Positions 19,109 through 28,601 of a DNA stretch of 64,000 bases are shown here, one piece after another (position 1 is the stretch's first letter; each line of letters opens with the position of its first letter). Under the pieces are notes generated by a model. The model did no database searches and was not told the origin of the DNA. It saw only the letters and a list, made by a program, of their open reading frames with translations. The stretch is from an uncultured Methanosarcinales archaeon (lineage in GTDB: Archaea; Nanobdellota; Nanobdellia; Woesearchaeales; GW2011-AR15): assembly GCA_964428335.1 (NCBI GenBank), contig CAYRXW010000005.1, positions 79,481-143,480 on the forward strand. Direction: 5' to 3'. The position numbers and the translations under genes are program-made.

Positions 19109-19654
19109 TCATGGCTTCTTTTTCTTCATATAGATTAGAGAAAACCCAAGCACTAATATGCCTGCAGAGACAGCTATCCCTAACCAATTCCTTTCCAGAC
19201 TAGCATTGAAGCTTCGCCTCCTGGCATTATCCCATGCCTCTTTCTGTATCTGGACCGGTGTCTTTACCTCTCCGCTATCTTCTGAGACATAGATATGAAC
19301 AGAGGTGTATTGAAAGGTATGTCCTGATTGAGATGCATTGCCGAATATGATATATTCTCCTGGCCTTGTAGCTTTTGCTTTTACTTTAAGCCTTTCCTCA
19401 TTAACTAAACTAAAATGCTGGGCAGTTTCTCCTCCCAAAAGTTCAATATTTTCCGGAATGCTGATAGTTAAATTTACTGGAAATGGCTCATCCATATCAT
19501 AATTTGGTGAAACACTTAAAACAATATCAAATTCATCGCCTAATTTTGGCTCGCCTAAAATTTCCAATTCCATCTTTAAAATTGGAGAAGGTGATGTGGC
19601 TGCAATTAAAGATGAAAACAAAAAGAATAATAAAAATAAAACAATTTTTTTCAT
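19109..19654 (-). CDS. secreted/surface-anchored hypothetical protein (signal peptide plus C-terminal TM and basic tail)
   Basis: N-terminal MKKIVLFLLFFLFSSLIA and C-terminal GIAVSAGILVLGFSLIYMKKKKP. Confidence 0.45.
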   Translation of the reverse strand: MKKIVLFLLFFLFSSLIAATSPSPILKMELEILGEPKLGDEFDIVLSVSPNYDMDEPFPVNLTISIPENIELLGGETAQHFSLVNEERLKVKAKATRPGEYIIFGNASQSGHTFQYTSVHIYVSEDSGEVKTPVQIQKEAWDNARRRSFNASLERNWLGIAVSAGILVLGFSLIYMKKKKP

Positions 19655-19777
19655 ATTATAACTAAGACATAGCTATATTGATTAATCTTTCTATAACTTC
19701 AATTTGATAAACAAAGCTATTGCAACCTGGCTTTTCAAACAAAAAACCTTAAATACCCTAATCAATCTACAGATAGC

Positions 19778-20548
19778 ATGGATAATTTCCATGTCTATCT
19801 AAAAAAGCAGCTTCTGGAATATGTAGAGGCAGAAAGAAAGAAAGGTATACCTCTGGAAGAGATTGAAAAGGTGCTTCTTGACGCAGGACATAGGAAGAAC
19901 ATAATAGATGAAGTGTTTTTAGAGATAAAGAATGAGGCTGCAACACATAAGGAAGCGCCACATAAGAATGAGACAGAAAAAGACCTTTCCTTGATGCTAA
20001 AAGGCGCTTTTTCAAAGTTCATGGCCCAGGCTTCAGATAAGGAAGTTAAAGAAGCAAAGCAGGATTTTGAGAATACAAATACTGAAAAGGTTGTTGAGGA
20101 AGTGATTGAGGAGGCAGAATATATAGAGGAGAAGACAACACTTGAATCTGCGACATTCTTTGTCTATCTTGTTTTTTTAGCAATAATTGCGCTTTTTAGC
20201 GCAGCATCAACTGATGCGCAGATGCTTAGCGTCATAATTGGATTCATGCCTGTGATAATCAGCGTTTTTGTATCTTTCCTTGCACTAAAGCTTGCTGACA
20301 ACGTCCCTGTCTATGTGTTTATACCTCTTATAATATCAGGCATATTTTATGCTATTGCTAGATTTACAGCATTTCCGATGTTTAAAGGGCTTGACCCGGA
20401 AGGGCTTTCCATTGTGAATTTTCTGCTTGGATTCTTCTTCAACATACTGATAGTTTATGTAAGGTTCCTAAAGCCAAACCATATGAAGAGAAGGAAAATA
20501 AAAAAGACTGTAAGAAATTACGAAGGAATAAATGAGCTTAGGAATTAA
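19778..20548 (+). CDS. hypothetical membrane protein (charged N-domain, C-terminal TM helices)
   Basis: Hydropathy pattern only. Confidence 0.4.
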   Translation: MDNFHVYLKKQLLEYVEAERKKGIPLEEIEKVLLDAGHRKNIIDEVFLEIKNEAATHKEAPHKNETEKDLSLMLKGAFSKFMAQASDKEVKEAKQDFENTNTEKVVEEVIEEAEYIEEKTTLESATFFVYLVFLAIIALFSAASTDAQMLSVIIGFMPVIISVFVSFLALKLADNVPVYVFIPLIISGIFYAIARFTAFPMFKGLDPEGLSIVNFLLGFFFNILIVYVRFLKPNHMKRRKIKKTVRNYEGINELRN

Positions 20549-20549
20549 A

Positions 20550-20684
20550 ATGTACATAGTAACCTGCCCAAAGTGCAAGCAAGAGATGAAAACAAGTGCA
20601 GAAAAGAAAAAAAGATGCGTCTACTGCGGCTTCACTTTCTCGCTTTTCACAAAAAAAGGAAACAACATCAAAAAAAGAATCTAG
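20550..20684 (+). CDS. unlisted 44-aa zinc-ribbon mini-protein (MYIVTCPKCKQEMKTSAEKKKRCVYCGF...)
   Basis: CPxC...CxxC spacing. Starts 1 nt after the upstream stop and ends with TAG at 20682-20684. Below the ORF-track size cutoff. Confidence 0.4.
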   Translation: MYIVTCPKCKQEMKTSAEKKKRCVYCGFTFSLFTKKGNNIKKRI

Positions 20685-21525
20685 TGGGTTGTTTCTTCTA
20701 GGCTTATTTTCTTTTGTCACTGCTTTTGTAGGTATTTTTGTAAAACTAATTAATGGGATGGATGTCTACCAGATAATTTTTTTCAGGGCGAGCCTGGCGC
20801 TTGCATTCATATTTTTCATAATTAAGATAAAAGGAAAAACTAGCGAACTTAGGATTGAAAAGCCTCTTCTTACATTATTTATTGGTATATTTGAAGGCAT
20901 CTCTATACTTGCTTTTTTTCTTGCAATAAATTTAAGCAGTGTGACAAATGCAATTTTTTTGGCTTACAGCGCGCCTATATGGTCTGTTTTCTTTTCATAT
21001 CTTTTCCTAAAGGAAAGAATAGAGAGAAAGACTATAGTAAGCGTGGTTATTGCAATAGCAGGGATATTATTTATTGTGGACCCAAGGAAGCTTGAATTTA
21101 ATCTTCAGCTAGGGAATATTTTTGCACTGCTTTCTGGATTCTTTTATGCTGCAATGGCTATCCTTGCAAAACCCATGCTTGAAAAAAAATCAGGATATTA
21201 TGTGGCATTCTGGCAATACTTTGTGATATCAGTTGTCTTTGGAATCATATGCAGGTTCAATTTAACAGGTGCTTTAGATAATGTTCCTGCGCTCCTTGGA
21301 CTAGGGATTTTTGCAACAGGGTTTTCTGCTATACTTTTCATGGAAGGGATAAGGAAAGTGAAAGGCCAGGAGATTTTTGTAATTACTTCAATCGAGCCTG
21401 TTTTTGCTTCTGCCCTGGCATTTATAATACTGGGAGAAAAGATATCAGCATTTGGATATTTTGGAGCAGCATTGATACTGATTGGGATTTATAACATATC
21501 AAAAAAACAAATAAGTTTTGGTTAA
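20596..21525 (+). CDS. EamA/DMT-family transporter
   Basis: About 10 TM helices. The internal duplication is typical of EamA. The true start may be downstream (TTG 20689 or ATG 20758), because the 5' end overlaps the zinc-ribbon ORF in another frame. Confidence 0.6.
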   Translation: MQKRKKDASTAASLSRFSQKKETTSKKESSGLFLLGLFSFVTAFVGIFVKLINGMDVYQIIFFRASLALAFIFFIIKIKGKTSELRIEKPLLTLFIGIFEGISILAFFLAINLSSVTNAIFLAYSAPIWSVFFSYLFLKERIERKTIVSVVIAIAGILFIVDPRKLEFNLQLGNIFALLSGFFYAAMAILAKPMLEKKSGYYVAFWQYFVISVVFGIICRFNLTGALDNVPALLGLGIFATGFSAILFMEGIRKVKGQEIFVITSIEPVFASALAFIILGEKISAFGYFGAALILIGIYNISKKQISFG

Positions 21526-21556
21526 TCATTTAAATCAATAATATATCATACTTTGT

Positions 21557-22471
21557 ATGAAAGAGATAGTTTCAAGGATACTTGAAAAGATTGATGAAAA
21601 AAGCACTGCAGTTTTTCTAGATAGCCAGAAATACGAAATAAAAGATGAGAATTTTATTCAGATAAAAGATCCAACTAAAAATAAGAGCGTATCTTTTGTT
21701 GATGGAGGAAATCTTGAATTAATAAAGTGTCCTTCTTTCTCTGTTTTTTTTAACAGGATATATTATTCTACATATAAACTTAATAAAAGGGTAAAATCAA
21801 AAAGAACGGATTTCTTTACTTTTATCCATACGACAATTTTAGATAATAAGATTATCTATAATGCTGAATGCTTTGGGAATGATATGAAATTTTCTTTTGA
21901 TTCTGAAGACAGGACAATCTCCAGTTCAACAGCAAGGGCTGATATCTCAATTATTGGAAACGTAATAAGGAGATTTTCAGAATTAAAGCTTGCTTCTGAG
22001 ATTGAATCTGATTATATCATAATTGATGGTTCCTTGGAAAAAAAGTATACAAATGAAGAAAGGTTCCTTGAAATGCTGAAGAATAGGAATGTATTTGGGC
22101 TTTCAAAATCAAATGATATACTGACTGAAAAAGGAAGCTCTGCCGGAGCTGCTGTTTTTTTATCAAAGAAAGGCTGCTTTGCCTATAAGATATGCAGGAA
22201 CAATTATTTCTTAAAGCTGCATGACAAATCAAAATATGTTTTCAGGCTGGAATCATGTAATGATAATGAAATAAATGAAATTGCTTCGCTTCTCAAGGAA
22301 AATTCCAAAGATATTATTTTTCCAGGCTACCCTTATGGCCTTATCGAAGCAGATAAGTTTGCAAGGGTTAGCGAAAATGAGAGAAAGGCGCTGAAGATGC
22401 AGATGCTGATGATGCTTGGTGATAAAATAACACCATATATCAATAATTCAAATGCCCATGAACTATTTTGA
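21557..22471 (+). CDS. hypothetical protein (304 aa)
   Basis: ORF only. Two DGx motifs (FVDGGNL, IIIDGSL) noted, but no confident family. Confidence 0.35.
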   Translation: MKEIVSRILEKIDEKSTAVFLDSQKYEIKDENFIQIKDPTKNKSVSFVDGGNLELIKCPSFSVFFNRIYYSTYKLNKRVKSKRTDFFTFIHTTILDNKIIYNAECFGNDMKFSFDSEDRTISSSTARADISIIGNVIRRFSELKLASEIESDYIIIDGSLEKKYTNEERFLEMLKNRNVFGLSKSNDILTEKGSSAGAAVFLSKKGCFAYKICRNNYFLKLHDKSKYVFRLESCNDNEINEIASLLKENSKDIIFPGYPYGLIEADKFARVSENERKALKMQMLMMLGDKITPYINNSNAHELF

Positions 22472-23461
22472 TTTCTTGTTCCTAGCACTTCTTACAATAT
22501 AGTCAATCATCTGCGCATAAGACATGCCTGCCTGCCTGGCCATTTTTGCAAGTCCTGCGTCTTCTGATATGTCTGGATTTGGATTTACTTCAAGAACATA
22601 TGGCCTATTGTTCTTATCGACCCTAAAATCAACCCTATAGTAATCCTCGCACTGCAGATTATCGCCTGCCATCACTGCATATTTTACAAGCTGGTCATAT
22701 AGCTTATCTGAAATTTTTGAAAAAGATGAATTTGTCTTTTTGTATTCTGTGCTTTCCTCAACCCACTTTGCGTCATAGTTCACAATCTTTGGAAGTTCAG
22801 TTGGCATGCCATTAAATGATACTTCTGATATAGGAAGCACAAACCTTTTTCTTGTGCCTAAGACACCTACATAGAACTCACGTCCTTCGATATATGACTC
22901 AACAAGTGCAGGCTGCTTGTAATCCCTAAGTATTGCCCTTATCTTATTCCTTAAATCTGTCTTGTTCCTTACAACTGAATCATTCCTTATGCCTACTGAT
23001 GAATCCTCCCTCATAGGTTTTACAAATAAAGGAAATATAAGGTCCTTGCTCAGCTTTTCATCTGCTCTTGAAAACACCTGGAACTTTGGGGTTGGTATCT
23101 TATGATGCAACAGCACTTTTTTTGTTATTGCCTTATTTACGCATAAAGACAGGCAGAAAACACCTGAACCTGTATATTTTATTTTTAATAAGTCAAGCAT
23201 TGCAGGAACATGCGCCTCAAACCTAGAGTCTGAAAAAAAGCCGTCATCAACAAGATTGAATACCAAATCTATCTTATGCTTCTCGCTTTTGAACCTTTTG
23301 AATAGGTTAAGATTAGCGTGATATTCTAAAGGCCTATGGCCTGTTTCTGTTAAAGCACGCATGACAGAAAAAGCATGTCCGTTGTCATCCCTGCCCTGCC
23401 AGTCTTTTTTGTAAAGACCACGCATGTCAGTATCTGTTGTAAATAATACTGCGACTTTCAT
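22463..23461 (-). CDS. ATP-grasp ligase (D-Ala-D-Ala ligase/RimK-like)
   Basis: ESYIEGREF and LEVNPNP motifs. A paralog of the adjacent gene. Confidence 0.7.
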   Translation of the reverse strand: MKVAVLFTTDTDMRGLYKKDWQGRDDNGHAFSVMRALTETGHRPLEYHANLNLFKRFKSEKHKIDLVFNLVDDGFFSDSRFEAHVPAMLDLLKIKYTGSGVFCLSLCVNKAITKKVLLHHKIPTPKFQVFSRADEKLSKDLIFPLFVKPMREDSSVGIRNDSVVRNKTDLRNKIRAILRDYKQPALVESYIEGREFYVGVLGTRKRFVLPISEVSFNGMPTELPKIVNYDAKWVEESTEYKKTNSSFSKISDKLYDQLVKYAVMAGDNLQCEDYYRVDFRVDKNNRPYVLEVNPNPDISEDAGLAKMARQAGMSYAQMIDYIVRSARNKKSK

Positions 23462-24438
23462 TAATTAGTTATTTCTAGTTCAGTGCTATTTATATTCTTT
23501 TTCATAGCTGCAAAAATTATTTTTTTTATTGTCTCTTCATAGCTATAGCCTGCTGCTTTCGCTGACCTAAAGAAACCTGCGTCATCATTTATGCATGGGT
23601 TTGGGTTGACATCAATCACATAAGGGATGTTATTTTTTATCCTGAAATCTACCCTTGCATAACCTGAACAGGAAAATATCCTGAAAACTTTCAATGCTAT
23701 CTCTTTTACCTTTCCTTCTGTGACCTTGTCAATAACTATAGGGCAAACCCCGACTGTATGAATATATGCTGAAGACTGCAAATCCCATTTTGCATCATAC
23801 GTGAGTATTTTAGGCTCGTTTTTTGGAAGATCAAACCTTATTTCAGACAATGGAAGGACTTCTTCATCCAGTATTGCTGCGTTTATTTCCCTGCCTTCAA
23901 TGTACTCCTCAATCAATGATGCCTGGTTAAATTTCTTAGTTACCTCTTCTACCTTTATCCTTAATTCTTCAATATTTCTTACAAAGGAATCATTTGTTAT
24001 ACCAATGCTTCCGTGCTCTTTCACAGGCTTTACTATCAATGGAAAATTAAGGCTTACTGATTTTCCTATCTTGTCTGCAACAATATAGCCTGGTGTCAGA
24101 ACATTATTTGATTTTAATACTTCCTTTATTGCATCCTTATCTGATGTAAGCTCAATATTTGCTGCGCTTGAGCCTGTGAATACTATTCTGTTTTTTTCAA
24201 GGGATTTTACTATGTCATATTCATGATACTTGCTTCCATAGGTCTTTTCTGCAAGGTTTATTACGACATCATACTCTTTTAATTTTGGAAGGATAGAATA
24301 ATCAAACCTAAAGATTTCAACTTTTTCTTTCAGAATGCCTTTAATCTTATGCGCTATCTCAAGGGCTTCATCATCAGACAATGTGTCTTTTGTGTTTTTT
24401 GTTTTTTCCGGAAGGTTATGTATTATTGCAATTCTCAT
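23461..24438 (-). CDS. ATP-grasp ligase (second paralog)
   Basis: EEYIEGREI and IDVNPNP motifs. Confidence 0.7.
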   Translation of the reverse strand: MRIAIIHNLPEKTKNTKDTLSDDEALEIAHKIKGILKEKVEIFRFDYSILPKLKEYDVVINLAEKTYGSKYHEYDIVKSLEKNRIVFTGSSAANIELTSDKDAIKEVLKSNNVLTPGYIVADKIGKSVSLNFPLIVKPVKEHGSIGITNDSFVRNIEELRIKVEEVTKKFNQASLIEEYIEGREINAAILDEEVLPLSEIRFDLPKNEPKILTYDAKWDLQSSAYIHTVGVCPIVIDKVTEGKVKEIALKVFRIFSCSGYARVDFRIKNNIPYVIDVNPNPCINDDAGFFRSAKAAGYSYEETIKKIIFAAMKKNINSTELEITN

Positions 24439-24938
24439 TTTAGCCTTTTTTCATATAGTATCTTATCTTCCCCGACTTTATAGAAGTCTCTTATCCTTGC
24501 TATCTCCTTATAGTTTAATTTTTCATAGAACTTCTGCGTTGGAAGATAAGTCTTATCAGAACTTGTCTCAATATGTATCATCCTAGCCTTTGGCTTCAGC
24601 TTCTTTTCAACAGATTCCATGAGGAACTTCCCAATTCCTTTTCCCTGATATACAGGATCAACTGCAATATAATACACTTCGTATACCCCTTCTGTCAAAG
24701 ATGCTTCACCATAGCAGATATAGCCAATCACTTTATCTTTTTCCAAAACACAGTCTATAATGTATTCTCCATCATCATATTCCAGGCAATGCTCTATGAG
24801 CTCAACTGCTATTTCCTTGTCCTTCCCATTGAAATTTTTTATTCTTGAAACTATATCACAAACGGCTTTTTTGTATTCTTTTGAGAAAGCTTTAACAGAA
24901 AGGCTTGAAATCATGCTCACTTCCATATAAACATGCAT
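24435..24938 (-). CDS. GNAT family N-acetyltransferase
   Basis: YQGKGIGKFLM acetyl-CoA binding motif. 167 aa. Confidence 0.8.
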   Translation of the reverse strand: MHVYMEVSMISSLSVKAFSKEYKKAVCDIVSRIKNFNGKDKEIAVELIEHCLEYDDGEYIIDCVLEKDKVIGYICYGEASLTEGVYEVYYIAVDPVYQGKGIGKFLMESVEKKLKPKARMIHIETSSDKTYLPTQKFYEKLNYKEIARIRDFYKVGEDKILYEKRLK

Positions 24939-24947
24939 CTAATAGAT

Positions 24948-26342
24948 TTATTTTTTATATAAAAAGCTTTGCAATTCCTCTCCATATATTTTGTCAAGTT
25001 TTTTCCTTATATGCTTTGGAATTGTCAGACTTTCATGTATCCCATAGAATTCCTTTATCAACTCTTTTTTCCTTTTCTGCGCTTCTTTAAGATGCTTTTT
25101 TTTGAATATATCTATAAGATATCCTTTTGCTGAATTTTTATATGCAAGGAAAAATGCCAACAGTTGCTCATCCCTTCCAAGCCCTGCCATGTCATAAGGA
25201 GATGCGCAGTCTATCTTTTCAAAAAGCGCATAATACTCTATCTTGCTTTTCTTTAGCATGTTTTCACTAAAGCCTACTGTTTTTGGGTCAATATTATTTG
25301 CAAGAAGGAAGATATATATCCTTGCACACTTGGAACAGTGATGGCACCATCTTGTTTTTTTTGCGTGATTGTTTGCAGCAAGGCAAGAGGTCTGGTATTT
25401 TGCATAATGAGGATACCTGCTGTGCAGTATCTTTGTTATTGCTAAATCATGTATTGGCTCAAGAAAAGAAAGAGCGCTTACTTTTTTTGTAAGAAGCCTT
25501 AAGATTTTACTTATCTCAAATGTCCATTCTCCTGACTGGTCAAATACGGGATTTGTCAGAAAGCCCTGTGTATTATAATAAGTTGCAGAACAGCTTGCTT
25601 CGTTTCCATAAACAACATATTTTGCCTTGAAATGGCTGTTAAATGGCAGCATCAAAAGTGCATATTCGGTCAATTGGCTTCCCCATGGAAGCTCTGCCTC
25701 ATCTACCTTGAAATAATCGCAGTTCCTAAGTAAAGCGATATCGTTTTTTATCCTGTATATCTTTTTTTTTCTGAACTCTTTTTCAAAATCATCTATAAGC
25801 TTTGTCTTGTGCTTGTTTTGGTATGACCTTATTACTGTTTTTGTGTATTTATCATAATAGCTGTCATCTGGCTCCTCAATATAGATCAGTTCTGGATCAA
25901 GCCCTATCTCTTCTGCTAAGGCAAAACTAAGCATGCTGTCTTTGCCAAACGTAAAAAGTATACATGCCTTATTATTTGCTTTTGCAGTATATTCAGGAAC
26001 TTTGATATTATATGATTTGAATTCATATTTTGCATTCATCAGCCTTTTTATTATCGTAAAGCAGTCTTTTCCATATTCTTCTGCGCATGAAGGGACGTAA
26101 TATAATATAGGTTTTAGGAAGAAAGAACCCATAAGAGGGGAATTCATGTTATATTCCAGCTTGCCTGAATCTGTGATTGTAGGAAGAGTTGAAGTGGATA
26201 GAAATACAAGGTTTTCAACTATGTTTTTTTTTGTTTTTTTTGGAAAGCTTTCCCATATCTCTTTAGGGTAGCCTATTGAGAAACCTTTTTTATCAAGCCT
26301 TATCCGAAATCCTTTTTTTGATATTGAGTAATTTATTTTCAA
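24948..26342 (-). CDS. hypothetical protein with a degenerate PP-loop (FGKDS) and a C-terminal Cys cluster (CHHCSKC)
   Basis: LFTFGKDSMLSF resembles the SGGKDS PP-loop of N-type ATP pyrophosphatases. Zn-ribbon-like CxxC near the C-terminus. Confidence 0.35.
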   Translation of the reverse strand: MKINYSISKKGFRIRLDKKGFSIGYPKEIWESFPKKTKKNIVENLVFLSTSTLPTITDSGKLEYNMNSPLMGSFFLKPILYYVPSCAEEYGKDCFTIIKRLMNAKYEFKSYNIKVPEYTAKANNKACILFTFGKDSMLSFALAEEIGLDPELIYIEEPDDSYYDKYTKTVIRSYQNKHKTKLIDDFEKEFRKKKIYRIKNDIALLRNCDYFKVDEAELPWGSQLTEYALLMLPFNSHFKAKYVVYGNEASCSATYYNTQGFLTNPVFDQSGEWTFEISKILRLLTKKVSALSFLEPIHDLAITKILHSRYPHYAKYQTSCLAANNHAKKTRWCHHCSKCARIYIFLLANNIDPKTVGFSENMLKKSKIEYYALFEKIDCASPYDMAGLGRDEQLLAFFLAYKNSAKGYLIDIFKKKHLKEAQKRKKELIKEFYGIHESLTIPKHIRKKLDKIYGEELQSFLYKK

Positions 26343-26435
26343 ACTGAATTTTTTAAGTGCTTACATTATAAAAATTGTTCCTAAATATAATCATGTTGCG
26401 ATATATTTATATAGAATATAATCAAAGAAAAAATT

Positions 26436-27413
26436 ATGTTTGATGTTATCAGCGTTGGCAGTTCAACAATAGATACTTTTGCATCTGTCGAATCTGAGCT
26501 TATCAAGATAAAGACTGCACATCATGAAGAAGAATTGATTGCATACCCAAGCGGGTCTAAGATTCTTATAAGCGACCTGAAGTTTTTCATTGGAGGAGGA
26601 GGAACTAATACTGCTGTCGCTTTTTCAAGGCTTGGGCTAAAAGCAGGATATATCGGCAAGGTTGGCTCCGGAACAAATAGCGAGCTCATAATCAAAGCCA
26701 TAAAAAAAGACAAGGTTGCTTTCCTTGGCGTAAAATCAAAAAACCTTCACGCCGGATATTCAGTCATACTGGATAGCTTAGAAGGTGACAGGACTATACT
26801 TGCATACAAAGGAGCCAATAATGAATTAAGCTTCAGCGATATTGACCTAAAAAAGATAAAAGCAAAATGGTTCTATTTTTCAAGCATGGTAGGGAAGTCA
26901 TATGAAACACTTGAAAAACTTTCTGAATATGCACAAAAAAATGATATCAAAGTTGCATTTAATCCAAGCAATTATCTTTGCGAGAAAGGATATCCCTTCC
27001 TAAAAAAAGTGCTTTCCAATACTGAACTTCTTGTTCTTAACAAAGAAGAAGCTATGCTGCTTACAGGGAATTTTGACATGCAAGAGTTAATTTTTAGGCT
27101 GTGCCAGCTAGGACCAAAAATCTGCGTTATTACAGACGGAAAGAATGGGGCATATGTGAATGAGAAGAATAAGGTAATACATGTGAAGACATCTGGGATA
27201 AAGCCTAAGGAGACTACTGGTGCAGGAGATGCTTTTGCATCGACTTTCCTTGCTGGGCTGATCATGAAAAAGAACATTTCTGAATGCATGAAGATGGGAT
27301 GCGCCAATGCAGAATCTGTAATCTCTAATATAGGAGCAAAGACCGGCCTTCTGACATTTAAGGAGCTAACTAAAAAAATCAGGAAAAGCAGAATTGCTGT
27401 AGAATCAATCTAA
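26436..27413 (+). CDS. PfkB/ribokinase family carbohydrate kinase
   Basis: GGGGTNTAVA and TGAGDAFASTFLAG motifs. Confidence 0.85.
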   Translation: MFDVISVGSSTIDTFASVESELIKIKTAHHEEELIAYPSGSKILISDLKFFIGGGGTNTAVAFSRLGLKAGYIGKVGSGTNSELIIKAIKKDKVAFLGVKSKNLHAGYSVILDSLEGDRTILAYKGANNELSFSDIDLKKIKAKWFYFSSMVGKSYETLEKLSEYAQKNDIKVAFNPSNYLCEKGYPFLKKVLSNTELLVLNKEEAMLLTGNFDMQELIFRLCQLGPKICVITDGKNGAYVNEKNKVIHVKTSGIKPKETTGAGDAFASTFLAGLIMKKNISECMKMGCANAESVISNIGAKTGLLTFKELTKKIRKSRIAVESI

Positions 27414-27680
27414 CTATCTTCTTAAAGAATTTTTCAGAATCTAAACTCTTTTTTATTAAACAAAACAGTTTATATTAAGTAAACTAAATATTTATAAATA
27501 GAGTTTAAAACTTAACTAAGTATAAATGATGCAGTATAGCAGAAGCGGGCTTTACATCAATAGGAAAATCAATTCTAAACAAAGTGCTGCAAACAAGGAG
27601 AAATCATTTGACTGGATTAATGTGTTTTTATTTGTGCTATTGTTTGTAGTCGTGATATTATTTGTAGTGACTTAGAACAA

Positions 27681-28601
27681 TTATAGTTTTTTCAGGTATT
27701 CAATATATTCCTGTTTTTTTCCAAAACCTTTTGATTTTGCAATCCTTGCTATTGCCTTATCAAAACTGCTTCCATACTGGGCTGCTTTTTTTGGCCTGAA
27801 TGCATATTCTTCCTTTAATCCAAGATCAATCATCAGTTTCCTGAAGATGTATTTCTTGTGCTCATCTTTTAATTTTAATTCTCCGGATATGTTCATTCCT
27901 GCAACAATCAAGTCCTTATCAAGAAAAGGTGTTAAAAAGGTCATGCCCTCGTGGACTGCTATGCTATAGTCCCTCCCAAAATCGCGTTCATATGTACTTA
28001 TTAAGCCGTGCCAGCATTCTTCGTTTATGTCCTCTGCTTTTTCGTGCCTTTGATAACCAGCAAATATTTCCTCGCTTCCAAGGCCTCCAAACAAGGTATC
28101 TATCTTATCCTTCTTTGCAAGCTCGATTGCAGCAAGCTCTACTGCGCCAACTCCCAGATTTACCACATTTAAGTCTTTTTTTGGGACTATCTTTGCAATT
28201 TTTTCAAATATCTTTCCAACTTCTTCTAAAGAAAGTATCTTTTTTTTATGGTTAAAGCCGTATTCTTTTGCAATCCTTTCTGAATAGATTATATCCTCGC
28301 TTCCTTCCAACCCAACAGTATAACAGATGAAATCCTGCCTGTCTTTTTTTGATATGAATGAAATGCCTGTGGAATCAACACCACCTGAAAAGAATATCCC
28401 GAATTTTTTGCCTGGATACCTTTTTTCCATTGCCAAAAGAAACGGCTCTTTTATCTCTAAAACTGCTTTTTTCTCATCAGTTATGACTTTTGTTCCCAGA
28501 GCTTTCAAACGTGTTATATGGGAAGACCATTCATCTAAAGAGACTAACTTTCCATCTTTTGTAACAAACGATTGCTCTGTCATTTTATCCTTGGATTTCA
28601 T
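27681..28601 (-). CDS. PP-loop ATP pyrophosphatase, asparagine-synthetase-like domain protein
   Basis: FFSGGVDSTGISF (SGGxDS) at about residue 70, as in the AsnB C-domain. Overlaps the upstream HerA-like gene by 17 nt. Confidence 0.6.
   Translation of the reverse strand: MKSKDKMTEQSFVTKDGKLVSLDEWSSHITRLKALGTKVITDEKKAVLEIKEPFLLAMEKRYPGKKFGIFFSGGVDSTGISFISKKDRQDFICYTVGLEGSEDIIYSERIAKEYGFNHKKKILSLEEVGKIFEKIAKIVPKKDLNVVNLGVGAVELAAIELAKKDKIDTLFGGLGSEEIFAGYQRHEKAEDINEECWHGLISTYERDFGRDYSIAVHEGMTFLTPFLDKDLIVAGMNISGELKLKDEHKKYIFRKLMIDLGLKEEYAFRPKKAAQYGSSFDKAIARIAKSKGFGKKQEYIEYLKKL

Noticed and set aside
21557-22471. Possible NurA-like nuclease partner for the HerA-like ATPase (DGx motifs FVDGGNL and IIIDGSL)
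   Set aside because: The motif resemblance is weak. The gene lies about 6 kb away on the opposite strand from the HerA-like gene, so it is kept as a hypothetical protein.
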